A stretch of 64,000 bases of DNA from Rhizomicrobium sp. (lineage in GTDB: Bacteria > Pseudomonadota > Alphaproteobacteria > Micropepsales > Micropepsaceae): NCBI GenBank assembly GCA_035547015.1, contig DASZVO010000017.1:267638-331637 (forward strand), given 5' to 3'. Under the pieces are notes generated by a model. That model ran no database searches. It was not told the DNA's origin and saw nothing but the letters and a program-made list of their open reading frames with translations. Positions 47,345 through 55,957 of the stretch are shown piece after piece. How positions within the stretch are numbered: position 1 is the stretch's first letter; the number at the start of each line of letters is the position of its first letter. A program made the position numbers and the translations under genes.

Positions 47345-49287
47345 CAGCCCTCCGCCAGCGCGGGGCGGACCCCGGCCATCCTGCCGATCTTCGGAAGCAG
47401 ACGTTCCTTGAGGTCGTTTTGCTGCACCGTGAACTGGGCGATGCGGTTGTTCAACTCTGCGGCGCTGGAGCCGTTGGGCGCGGCAAGCCGTGCGCCGGGC
47501 ATGCGGCCCAGGGCCGCCTCCATGTCGCGTCCGGTCACAGGCTCGCCGCGGCGCAGGAAGAGACCCACATAGCCGCGCGGACCGGTGATCCGGGCGGCCT
47601 CCGCCAGCAGAATGGCAACCTCATCCGCGGGCTGGCGGCTGAATAGCAGCGCCCAGGCGAAGGAGTCGGTCGCGCCCGGCACGTGATGGTTGGAAAAGGG
47701 CCGCACGACCGCACCCGTGACGATGCGCGGATCGCGCATCATCCCGCCCGGGACGAAAAGAACGGCGTCGGCCAGCACCTTGGGCGATGCCAGAATCCTT
47801 TCCAGTGTCGCGGCATCGTCCACGATCAGGGCGCCCCGGCCCGACCGGCTTTCGAGCCACTGTTCGACCGCGGCGAAAGCGGCAACGTCATTTGGCGCGG
47901 GCTGGGAAATGACGGGCGCGGACAGGGCCTTGCGTCTGCGCGCAAGCGAGACCGCCGCTTCTGCGATGGCGGTGCCGGATTGCGTGGTCATGCACTCCGG
48001 TTCCGGCAGATCGCGCGGGCACTGCATGGACCATTCCCGCGTGGTCCACCAGCAGTCCCCGCAGACGGACGGCCCGACATTCACATTCTGCCTGTACCCG
48101 AAGAAACTGACCGGGGTCGGCCCAAAGGCCACCGCCGAGCGCGTGCCCATGGCTGCCGCAAGATGCACCAGACCGCCTTCGGTATCGATATGCGCCTGGG
48201 CACACTTGATGACCAGCGCGGTCTGGTCGAACGAGGTCTGGCCGCGCAGGTCCACATCCACGCCCGCCATCGGCGCTTCGCCGCTTTCGCCCAGTTGGAC
48301 CGTCCTGAAGCCCTCGCGGGCGCAAACCGACAGGATGTCGTCCCATACGGCCGGCGGCATGTTCTTGGTCTGAAGGCCGTTCGATCCGGCCATGTTGGGA
48401 TCGGACCCTGTATGAACGGTGATGTAGGGAACGCGTCCCAGACGGGCGGCAATGGCCGCGGGCAGGCCCGCGGCGGGGAACACGTCACCGAACGGTTCGC
48501 CCGCAACGCCCAGATTGGCGGTATAGCCGACAAGATCATATTTGGTCATGCCGCGGCGGGTCACTTCGCGCGCGAATATGTTGTTCAGGAAGGGCCACTG
48601 GCCGCGCACATATTTCTGCCATTCCGCCGCGCGCGAATGAGCGGCCAACAAAAAATCCTGCGGGATGCGTGAAAGCGGCGGTGCGGCATAGCTTACAACA
48701 TACCGGACATCGGCAATCAGGTCGAAAATATCCAGGCTTGCGGCGACGTTGAGAAACTCCTCCCGTTCGCGGCCGGCCAGCGTCAGCACATCCAGCACAT
48801 AGGGATTGGCGGCGAAGACCGCACCTGCCCCCGGATGCTCGTGCTGGACCACGATGCGGGCAGGGGCGAACCGTTCGGCGAGCGACCGCACCACCATCGA
48901 GAGATAGATCATGTCGCCAAAGCCGCCCGAGCCGCACACCAGGATGGTGAGTGGATCGGTGCCGCCATCATGCGGATAGAGCGAGCCCGTGGGCCGGCCG
49001 AGCAGACCCAGCGGCTGGACCGCATCGATCCACAGGTCGCGCCGCTGCACCACCGTCAGCGTGCGGAGCAGGCCGGACATGGCGTGGGCGGGGTAGATCT
49101 GATCGTGGACATTGACGGACGCCAGGCGGGCAAGGGCGTGCGTGGTCTTCTGGTCCAGGGACCGCAGCTCGGATTCAAGCCGCCTTTCGCTGGTTTCAAG
49201 CTCGGCGATCCGCACCGTGGCGTCTGAAAGGCGCTGAAGCAGCGCCTCTATCTGAGCGGCGTAAACACCCTCTCGCTCGTTTGACAA
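47344..49287 (-). CDS. GT9 (heptosyltransferase-like) glycosyltransferase with N-terminal coiled coil and C-terminal extension
   Basis: 'GGFGDMI' and 'HIDTEGGLVHLAAAMGTRSAVAFGPT'; heptad-like N-terminus. Start is TTG 49287 (good SD) or ATG 49341. Confidence 0.8.
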   Translation of the reverse strand: MSNEREGVYAAQIEALLQRLSDATVRIAELETSERRLESELRSLDQKTTHALARLASVNVHDQIYPAHAMSGLLRTLTVVQRRDLWIDAVQPLGLLGRPTGSLYPHDGGTDPLTILVCGSGGFGDMIYLSMVVRSLAERFAPARIVVQHEHPGAGAVFAANPYVLDVLTLAGREREEFLNVAASLDIFDLIADVRYVVSYAAPPLSRIPQDFLLAAHSRAAEWQKYVRGQWPFLNNIFAREVTRRGMTKYDLVGYTANLGVAGEPFGDVFPAAGLPAAIAARLGRVPYITVHTGSDPNMAGSNGLQTKNMPPAVWDDILSVCAREGFRTVQLGESGEAPMAGVDVDLRGQTSFDQTALVIKCAQAHIDTEGGLVHLAAAMGTRSAVAFGPTPVSFFGYRQNVNVGPSVCGDCWWTTREWSMQCPRDLPEPECMTTQSGTAIAEAAVSLARRRKALSAPVISQPAPNDVAAFAAVEQWLESRSGRGALIVDDAATLERILASPKVLADAVLFVPGGMMRDPRIVTGAVVRPFSNHHVPGATDSFAWALLFSRQPADEVAILLAEAARITGPRGYVGLFLRRGEPVTGRDMEAALGRMPGARLAAPNGSSAAELNNRIAQFTVQQNDLKERLLPKIGRMAGVRPALAEG

Positions 49288-49448
49288 GCGCCCCCCCTCC
49301 AGCCCAATTCGTCCTGCCCCGCCCCATAGTTGCAAAGCCATAAGGAATATTCAAGAATCGGAACCAGCGTCGGGGGGCGGCGCGTCCTTTTCGATCAGAT
49401 CGCACATCACAACCAGAACAAGGCGACGCGCCGTCGGAGCTTCATGAC

Positions 49449-50564
49449 ATGATCGCCCTGTGCCTTGGGATGCAGAGCAGCGCATCCACCTGGGCCTATA
49501 ACATCGCCCGCGGCATCCTGGCCGAAGCCGGCGTGCCGCATGCGGCATTCCAGGGCGAGACGATGGGGGATTTCGCAATCTCTGCGACGCCGCCATACCA
49601 GGACTGGGTGGTCAAGGCGCACCAGTTGCAGGGCGGCATGATGGCGCTGCTGCAGGCCGCCTCACCCCGCGCCATCCTGTCGATCCGCGATCCCCGCGAT
49701 GCGATCACCTCGCTGATGCAAAGGTTTGGCGCCCACTTTGCCCCCTCAGTGATCGAAATCAACCGCAGCATGGCCAGCGTTCTGACCGCCGCGCAGTATC
49801 TCTCAGGCCTGCACCTGGTCTACGAGGACATGTTTTCCGATGACGCGCGCACGGTCACCCGCATTGCGGAAACGCTGGGCTGCATCCTTCCGGCCGCCAG
49901 ACTTGAGGCGCTGTTCGACAGGAACAGGCCGGCAGCCGTGAAGGCCATCATGAAATCGCTTGAGACGGCCGACACTGCGGTCGCCGGCGACAATGGCGAT
50001 GCGTGGGATGCCGAAACGCATTATCACCGCACGCATATTTCCGACATGCGCGTCGGGAAATGGGCATCTGTGCTGACGCCGGCCGAAGCGGCGCTTGCGG
50101 ACGCAAGTATGCGCGGGTACGAGAATATCCAGAACCGTTTCCGCCTATCTGATGGCCGCCCGGTCGATCTGTCGGGTTGCGATTTCTCGATCCGCGCGGA
50201 TTGCGCCGTGTTCTCGCCGATAGACAGCATCGACAGCTACACCCGCCATCTGGAGCCGGGCGAGTGCCGAGGGCCGCTGGGTTACAAGGTGATCGACAGA
50301 TTTCACCTGCCTGCGGGAAAATGGCGAATGGCCCTAAAGCTGTACGGCATGCGCCCGTCCGAGATTTTTGTCTGTCACCTTGGCAAGGTCATCTTCCGAA
50401 CCCAGGATGCAGACCCGGAAACCTTCACCTATGCCAACGCCGTTCCGGAATTCCCAATGGATGTGCACTGCCGATATGATGCGCCGCTGGATGAATGGCC
50501 GGACATCAGCCTCACCGCATCATTCTGCGAGCCGCTAGGCGTCACCGAAGGACATATGGAATGA
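49449..50564 (+). CDS. Sulfotransferase-fold protein
   Basis: P-loop-like 'GMQSSASTW', 3'-phosphate-binding-like 'IRDPRDAITS', and 'LVYED'. Confidence 0.6.
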   Translation: MIALCLGMQSSASTWAYNIARGILAEAGVPHAAFQGETMGDFAISATPPYQDWVVKAHQLQGGMMALLQAASPRAILSIRDPRDAITSLMQRFGAHFAPSVIEINRSMASVLTAAQYLSGLHLVYEDMFSDDARTVTRIAETLGCILPAARLEALFDRNRPAAVKAIMKSLETADTAVAGDNGDAWDAETHYHRTHISDMRVGKWASVLTPAEAALADASMRGYENIQNRFRLSDGRPVDLSGCDFSIRADCAVFSPIDSIDSYTRHLEPGECRGPLGYKVIDRFHLPAGKWRMALKLYGMRPSEIFVCHLGKVIFRTQDADPETFTYANAVPEFPMDVHCRYDAPLDEWPDISLTASFCEPLGVTEGHME

Positions 50565-51547
50565 TCATCGTCACCGGCGGCGCCGGGTTCATCGGCTCGA
50601 ACATCCTGGCCGCGCTGGAGACCCGGAGGGAAAGCCGGATCGTAGCCTGCGACTGGCTGGGCAATGGCGAGAAGTGGCGCAACGTCGCCAGGCGCGGCTT
50701 GTGGGATATCGTGCTGCCGGAAAGGCTTTTTGCCTATCTGGACGCACATGCCGGCGAGATCGAGGCGGTCTTCCACATGGGCGCCATCTCGACAACCACC
50801 GAACAGGACGTCGACCTGATCGTGAAGAACAATTTCCGGTTATCGGCCGATCTCCTGGAATGGTGCGCCGCACATGGCGTGCGGATGATCTATGCTTCCT
50901 CCGCGGCAACCTATGGCGGCGGCGAGCTGGGCTTTTCCGACAAAGAAAGCGAAGACCATCTGGCCGCGCTGAAGCCACTGAACGCCTATGGCTGGAGCAA
51001 GAATGCGTTCGACCGGCTTGTGGCGCGGCGGCGCAGCCTGGGCCTTTCCATGCCGCCGCAATTCGCCGGCCTCAAATTCTTCAATGTCTATGGCCCTAAC
51101 GAATACCACAAGGGCGACCAGCAAAGCGTCGTAGCCCACATCTACCGGCGTTTTGCGGAAGGCGGCACCTACACGCTGTTCCGCTCCCACAGGCCCGGCT
51201 GCAAGGATGGCGAGCAACTGCGCGATTTCGTCCATGTGAAGGATTGCGTGGATGTGATGATGTGGCTGCTCGACAATCCGCACGTCGCCGGCCTGTTCAA
51301 TCTGGGCAGCGGCAAGGCGCGCAGCTTCCTGGACCTTGCGCGCGCAGTCTATCGCGCCCTGGGGGTGCCCGAACGCATCGAATTCATCGACATGCCCGAG
51401 CAGTTGCGCGGAAAGTATCAGTATTTCACGCAGGCCGACATGAGCAAACTGCGGACGGCCGGTTATTCCAGGCCCGCCACCAGTCTGGAAGATGGCGTCA
51501 CGGATTATGTCACGCGCTACCTGGCCACTGACGATCCCTACGCCTAG
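50561..51547 (+). CDS. hldD: ADP-L-glycero-D-manno-heptose 6-epimerase
   Basis: 'IIVTGGAGFIGSN', 'FHMGAIS.TTE', 'YASSAATYG', 'PLNAYGWSK', 'FFNVYGPNEYHKG', 'RDFVHVKD', and 'YQYFTQAD'. Confidence 0.95.
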   Translation: MIIVTGGAGFIGSNILAALETRRESRIVACDWLGNGEKWRNVARRGLWDIVLPERLFAYLDAHAGEIEAVFHMGAISTTTEQDVDLIVKNNFRLSADLLEWCAAHGVRMIYASSAATYGGGELGFSDKESEDHLAALKPLNAYGWSKNAFDRLVARRRSLGLSMPPQFAGLKFFNVYGPNEYHKGDQQSVVAHIYRRFAEGGTYTLFRSHRPGCKDGEQLRDFVHVKDCVDVMMWLLDNPHVAGLFNLGSGKARSFLDLARAVYRALGVPERIEFIDMPEQLRGKYQYFTQADMSKLRTAGYSRPATSLEDGVTDYVTRYLATDDPYA

Positions 51548-53178
51548 CGGCTCTGGAAGGCCAGCGCGTCGAAGCTGATGGCGCAACCGCGTGGAGCGGC
51601 GAGATCAAGCGCGCCGAGCGGATTCGAGAGCGGACTGTCATACTCCAGGTAGTTTGTGTCGAAATCGAAGCTGCCTGTTTTCGCGCAAGACAGCGCAGTC
51701 CTGATCTCCGGAAAGTGCTGTATGCTTAAAGTCGCATCGCCGTCTGCCGCCGCCGTGATCGTATAGTGCCCCGTCAGGCGGGCCTGGGTGTGGCCGCCCG
51801 CCCCTGGAACGAACCGGTCTTCTGCGGTCAATGCTCTGATCTGTCCCAAGCCATTTGCCTTCATCTCACCCGGCCGCGCGACCCAGTTGCGCGTATAGCC
51901 ATTGCCGGTCCGTACCCCCGCCTGGCCGGCCCCTTTTCCCGCGATGGTCTGCGTGCCGGGAATGCGTGTCCAGTCTTTCAGGCCCGGAACAAGCAGCATC
52001 GCCTTTTCATCCATCACTATGGCGGTGCGCCCATGCGCCACCGCGGCATAGCGCCTGATCTGCCACAGCCCGCCCACCGACAGCTTGCCGTTCAGGCATA
52101 TCACGCTGCCACCCGCGTCGTTGACGCGAAAATCGACGATGCTGAGATTGAGGTTCGGAGACTGAAGCTGGTTGAGGCAGTGATCCGATGCATTGTGCTC
52201 ACCCGTATCCTGCTGCTGGACCAGATTCGCGATCTGGCCCCATACCGTGGCGTTGCCGTTCACCTTCATTGCGACATCGCCGATGTTCTGGTCGATGTTG
52301 GTCATCCTGCCGTTGAAGAAGCTGTGCGTATTGCCCAGCACTGTGCCGTCGGTGAAGGCGAATCCGGTTCTGGCCAGATAGACCTGGATGCCGCTGATGA
52401 TCGCATTGTCCACATAATGGAAATCGAAGCCGGTCAGATGCTTTTCCAGATAGGTCGCCACCGAAGCCGTCGTGGCGTAGTAGCTGTTGACCACCTGGAC
52501 GTCATTGATCACCGGCTCGTCGTTCAGGCAATTCATGTAAACGCCGACCTGGAATGCCGAGATATAGACATGTTCCAGATAGCTGCCGGAGCCGCCGCCG
52601 CTGGTGCAGGCCGCTCCGTTCCAGCTGGGTGCCCAGAATATGCCGTGGGTAGCGCCCACGATCTGCACATTGGAGATGTGCTGGAAACTGCCGTCGAGCC
52701 TGATCGTGTAGGGATAGACGGTGGGCGCGAATGTGCTGCCGGGCACGGGCTGATCGTAGATGAAATTCACGCCTTCGACCGCCGCGCCATGCCCGTTGAG
52801 TTCGACACAGGGCCTGGTCCGGTCGCCGCACTTGATCCAGCTTCCGCGCGAACCCCAATCGTTCGCCTTGGCGGAGAACCCCACGAAATTCCGGCTGCCC
52901 ACGCCACGCAGCACAACGCCGTTGGGCAGGTTTATCCCCGTCGCCAGGAGGCAGGGGCGCCCTGCCGCCGGAACCAGCACAATGCCGCCGGTGTTGCGGG
53001 CGTCGTTGACCGCCCGGGCGAATGCGCCGGAATCGTCCTTTCCGCCATCGCATTTCGCTCCATAGTCGACAGGCGCGTAGACCGAAGAGCTTTCCGGCGG
53101 CTTCGACTGGGCCATCGCGGCGGCGGCGAACGCCAGAACGAACAGCGCGTTCAGCACGGGAATTTTCACGGCACACAA
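51544..53178 (-). CDS. Exported right-handed beta-helix protein (Pectate_lyase_3-like N-terminus)
   Basis: Signal peptide; 'PVDYGAKCDGGKDDSGAFARAV...GGIVLVP', followed by Asn/Gly/Ile-rich rungs. Start may be GTG 53169. Confidence 0.75.
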   Translation of the reverse strand: MCAVKIPVLNALFVLAFAAAAMAQSKPPESSSVYAPVDYGAKCDGGKDDSGAFARAVNDARNTGGIVLVPAAGRPCLLATGINLPNGVVLRGVGSRNFVGFSAKANDWGSRGSWIKCGDRTRPCVELNGHGAAVEGVNFIYDQPVPGSTFAPTVYPYTIRLDGSFQHISNVQIVGATHGIFWAPSWNGAACTSGGGSGSYLEHVYISAFQVGVYMNCLNDEPVINDVQVVNSYYATTASVATYLEKHLTGFDFHYVDNAIISGIQVYLARTGFAFTDGTVLGNTHSFFNGRMTNIDQNIGDVAMKVNGNATVWGQIANLVQQQDTGEHNASDHCLNQLQSPNLNLSIVDFRVNDAGGSVICLNGKLSVGGLWQIRRYAAVAHGRTAIVMDEKAMLLVPGLKDWTRIPGTQTIAGKGAGQAGVRTGNGYTRNWVARPGEMKANGLGQIRALTAEDRFVPGAGGHTQARLTGHYTITAAADGDATLSIQHFPEIRTALSCAKTGSFDFDTNYLEYDSPLSNPLGALDLAAPRGCAISFDALAFQSR

Positions 53179-53231
53179 AACCGGTAGCGGCCCATTCCTA
53201 ACGCCCCTGCGCGCATGTGGTGCCGGCGCGC

Positions 53232-54008
53232 CTAGCTGATGGCCACAAGCTGCCGCCCCCGCCGCAGCGCCAGCAAGCCCGCAAATGTGAGGACACCCAG
53301 CGCGAAAATGGTATAGCCGATGTCGTAATGCGTTACGACCCGGCTGCCCAGCACGCCGGCGCGGATCATCTCATAGGACTGGGCCGATGGCTGCAGCAGC
53401 GCAATGGTGCGCAGCCCGGGCGGCAGCCAATCGGCGAGGTACCAGGTGCCGCCGAAAAAGATGTAGGTGTAGGAGATGGGCTGCCAGGCCTTCTCGATCC
53501 ATTCCGACCGCTCGCACATCGCGCCGATTATCAGCCCCAGCGCGACAGACCACCACGCCATGAAAAGATAGCCGGCCAGCAGCATGGGCGGGTCGCGCGG
53601 CGCTTCGATCGCACCGGCGATATAGAAGAGCCCATACAGGATGGTGGCCGCGGTGATGTTCTGTATGATCTCCACCAGGCACCGCGCCAGCGCAATGTCG
53701 AGCAAGGTGACGTTGCGGTGGAACAGCAGGCCCGTGTTGCCGCGGATGAAGAACAGCATGCGCTGGCCGACATGCCGGAACAGCAGCAGCGGCATGTAGC
53801 CGCTCCACAACAGCGGCATCAGGGGTATGCCATGCTCGAACGGCGCACGAACGATGCTCCACAGGGTAAGCACGGGCAGGGCGAAGGTCAGCGGCTCGAT
53901 CGCCAGCCACAGGGCGCCCAGGCCGCTGCGGCCATACAATGCGATCACCTCGCGAACCATCAATGCATGGATCACGCGGCACTGCGTCATAAATTGCTGC
54001 CAGAGCAT
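53232..54008 (-). CDS. kpsM: Capsule ABC transporter permease (KpsM/Wzm)
   Basis: 'RVIHALMVRE...YGRSGLGALW..IEP', six TMs, and 'EMIRAG'. Confidence 0.9.
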   Translation of the reverse strand: MLWQQFMTQCRVIHALMVREVIALYGRSGLGALWLAIEPLTFALPVLTLWSIVRAPFEHGIPLMPLLWSGYMPLLLFRHVGQRMLFFIRGNTGLLFHRNVTLLDIALARCLVEIIQNITAATILYGLFYIAGAIEAPRDPPMLLAGYLFMAWWSVALGLIIGAMCERSEWIEKAWQPISYTYIFFGGTWYLADWLPPGLRTIALLQPSAQSYEMIRAGVLGSRVVTHYDIGYTIFALGVLTFAGLLALRRGRQLVAIS

Positions 54009-54041
54009 CCGCCCCCTGCCCGGAAATCCGCGGCGCGGCGC

Positions 54042-54105
54042 ATCTTATCCAGCGGCTTCCCCGCCGATCAACCCGTTTGCACTCCCCACGCAGCATGGAT
54101 AAGTT
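54042..54105. promoter_or_regulatory. Back-to-back sigma70-like promoters for kpsM and kpsE
   Basis: Plus strand TTGCAC(54077)-N17-TAAGTT(54100); minus strand TTGATC-N18-TAAGAT. Both -10 regions sit in a TGGATAAG octamer. Confidence 0.5.
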
Positions 54106-54114
54106 CGCTCCCGG

Positions 54115-55293
54115 ATGAGCCAATACGACTACAGGCAGCCAGCGGGGTTCTTGGGGGGACTTCAGGGCATACCGGAGGCGGGTCCCGCACTGCTGCAGGC
54201 AGCGCGGCGGATCGGCATCTGGCTATGGCTTCTGGTCATTGTCCCGGCCGCCCTCGGAGGGCTTTATTTCTTCCTGATCGCGTCCGACCAGTATGTGTCG
54301 GAAGCGCGCTTCATCGTCCGCTCGCAGAGTCGCGAAATGCCGTCCATGCTGGGCACGATGCTTCAATCGGCCGGCCTCCAGCAGCGCAGCTCCGACGACG
54401 CTTCGGCCGTGGAAAGCTTCATCACCTCACGCGATGCGGTGCGGGCGCTGGAGCGCGATGTGCCGTTGCGCGCGATCTTCGACCGGCCGGAAGGCGATTT
54501 CATCACCCGGTTCCCCAACCCGGTATCCGGGGCAAGCTTTGAAGCCCTGTACCGCCATTACAAGCGTTTCGTGGACGTTTCGATCGATGCGACCAACGGC
54601 GTCACCACGCTGGAAGTGAAGGCCTACCGTCCCGAAGACGCCCAGCTGGTTGCCCAGGCCCTGCTGCGCGCCAGCGAAAAGTTGGTCAATGACCTGAATG
54701 CCAGGGCGCAGGCGGACGCCGTCCGCTATGCCCAGCATGAGGTGGAATCGGCGCAAAAGAACCTGGCCGGCATACAGGAGCAATTGACCCAATACCGCTA
54801 TCGCGAACAGATCCTGGACCCCAAACTGACCACCGTCAGCCTGAACACCACACTGACGGGATTGATGACGGTGCGCGCCCAGACGGCCGCTCAGCTTGCC
54901 GAATTGACCCGTGATTCGCCGGGAAATCCGGCCATTCCCAGGCTGCGGTCCCGCCTCGCGGCACTGGATGCACAGTTCGACGATGCCATGAAAGCCATGG
55001 CGGGCGGCTCCGGCTCCATCGCCGGCAAGCTTGGCGAGTATGAGCGGCTGAGTCTTTCGGCCGACCTGGCCGCCAAGCTGTTGGCGACCGCGACCCAGGC
55101 GCTCGAAACCGCCCGCATGGACGCCCAGAGCAAGCATCTTTATATCGAGCATATCGCCGAACCGAACCTGCCGGACGAGGCGCTTTACCCCAAGCGGATC
55201 CTGTCGTTCTGCTTCCTGCTGGCCGCGTGCCTCCTGGTCTATGGTATTGCCTGGCTGCTCATCGCGGGCGTGCGCGAGCATGTTGCGGGCTGA
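54115..55293 (+). CDS. kpsE: Capsule export polysaccharide co-polymerase (KpsE/WcbD)
   Basis: Two TMs; 'ASDQYVSEARFIVR', 'FITSRDA', 'LEVKAYRPEDA', and 'EPNLPDEALYPKR'. Confidence 0.92.
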   Translation: MSQYDYRQPAGFLGGLQGIPEAGPALLQAARRIGIWLWLLVIVPAALGGLYFFLIASDQYVSEARFIVRSQSREMPSMLGTMLQSAGLQQRSSDDASAVESFITSRDAVRALERDVPLRAIFDRPEGDFITRFPNPVSGASFEALYRHYKRFVDVSIDATNGVTTLEVKAYRPEDAQLVAQALLRASEKLVNDLNARAQADAVRYAQHEVESAQKNLAGIQEQLTQYRYREQILDPKLTTVSLNTTLTGLMTVRAQTAAQLAELTRDSPGNPAIPRLRSRLAALDAQFDDAMKAMAGGSGSIAGKLGEYERLSLSADLAAKLLATATQALETARMDAQSKHLYIEHIAEPNLPDEALYPKRILSFCFLLAACLLVYGIAWLLIAGVREHVAG

Positions 55294-55950
55294 TCAGTAG
55301 AGCTCGTCATAGATGTCGAGCGCCAGATCGAGATCGTCGAACATCTTTGCCCTGCCACGGTAGAGTAGGAGCGCCTTCGAGCAATAGGAGCGGATGAGTT
55401 CGGGCGAGTGGGACGCCAGGATCAGACTGCGGTCGGCCCGCTTGTCGAACAGTTCCTCGTGCGAGCGGCGCACGAAACGCTGGTCGCCGACCGCGATCAC
55501 TTCATCGATCAGGTAGCAGTCGAAATCGACTGCCAGCGAAAGCCCGAAATTGAGCCGCGCCCGCATGCCGGACGAATAGGTCCGCACGGGTTCGTAGAGG
55601 AATTTCCCCAGCTCGGCGAAATCATCGACGAAGTCGCGGACCTGATCCATCGGCTTGTTGTATATGCGGCTGATGAACCGGATATTGTCATTGCCGGTGA
55701 GGGATGGCGCGAAACCGCCGTCCAGGCCTACAGGCCAGGATACCGACATGCCGCGTTCGATCCTGCCGCGCGTCGGCATCTCGACGCCCGCGATCAGGCG
55801 GATAAGGGTCGATTTTCCCGCGCCGTTATGCCCGACGACGCCGATCTTCTCGCCATGCCTGAGGGTGAACGAGACGTCATCCACCACCCGCCGGTATTTG
55901 TGGGTGAGTTCTGAATGATAGTCCTTGCACACGCCCGACAGGGTCAGCAT
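55294..55950 (-). CDS. kpsT: Capsule ABC transporter ATPase (KpsT/Wzt)
   Basis: 'GHNGAGKST', 'YSSGMRARL.FGLS', and 'YLIDEV.AVGD'. Confidence 0.94.
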   Translation of the reverse strand: MLTLSGVCKDYHSELTHKYRRVVDDVSFTLRHGEKIGVVGHNGAGKSTLIRLIAGVEMPTRGRIERGMSVSWPVGLDGGFAPSLTGNDNIRFISRIYNKPMDQVRDFVDDFAELGKFLYEPVRTYSSGMRARLNFGLSLAVDFDCYLIDEVIAVGDQRFVRRSHEELFDKRADRSLILASHSPELIRSYCSKALLLYRGRAKMFDDLDLALDIYDELY

Positions 55951-55957
55951 GGCGATC

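Noticed and set aside
53180-53192. CCGGTAGCG, similar to the ops element GGCGGTAG
   Set aside because: It is an imperfect match and on the strand opposite to the flanking genes.
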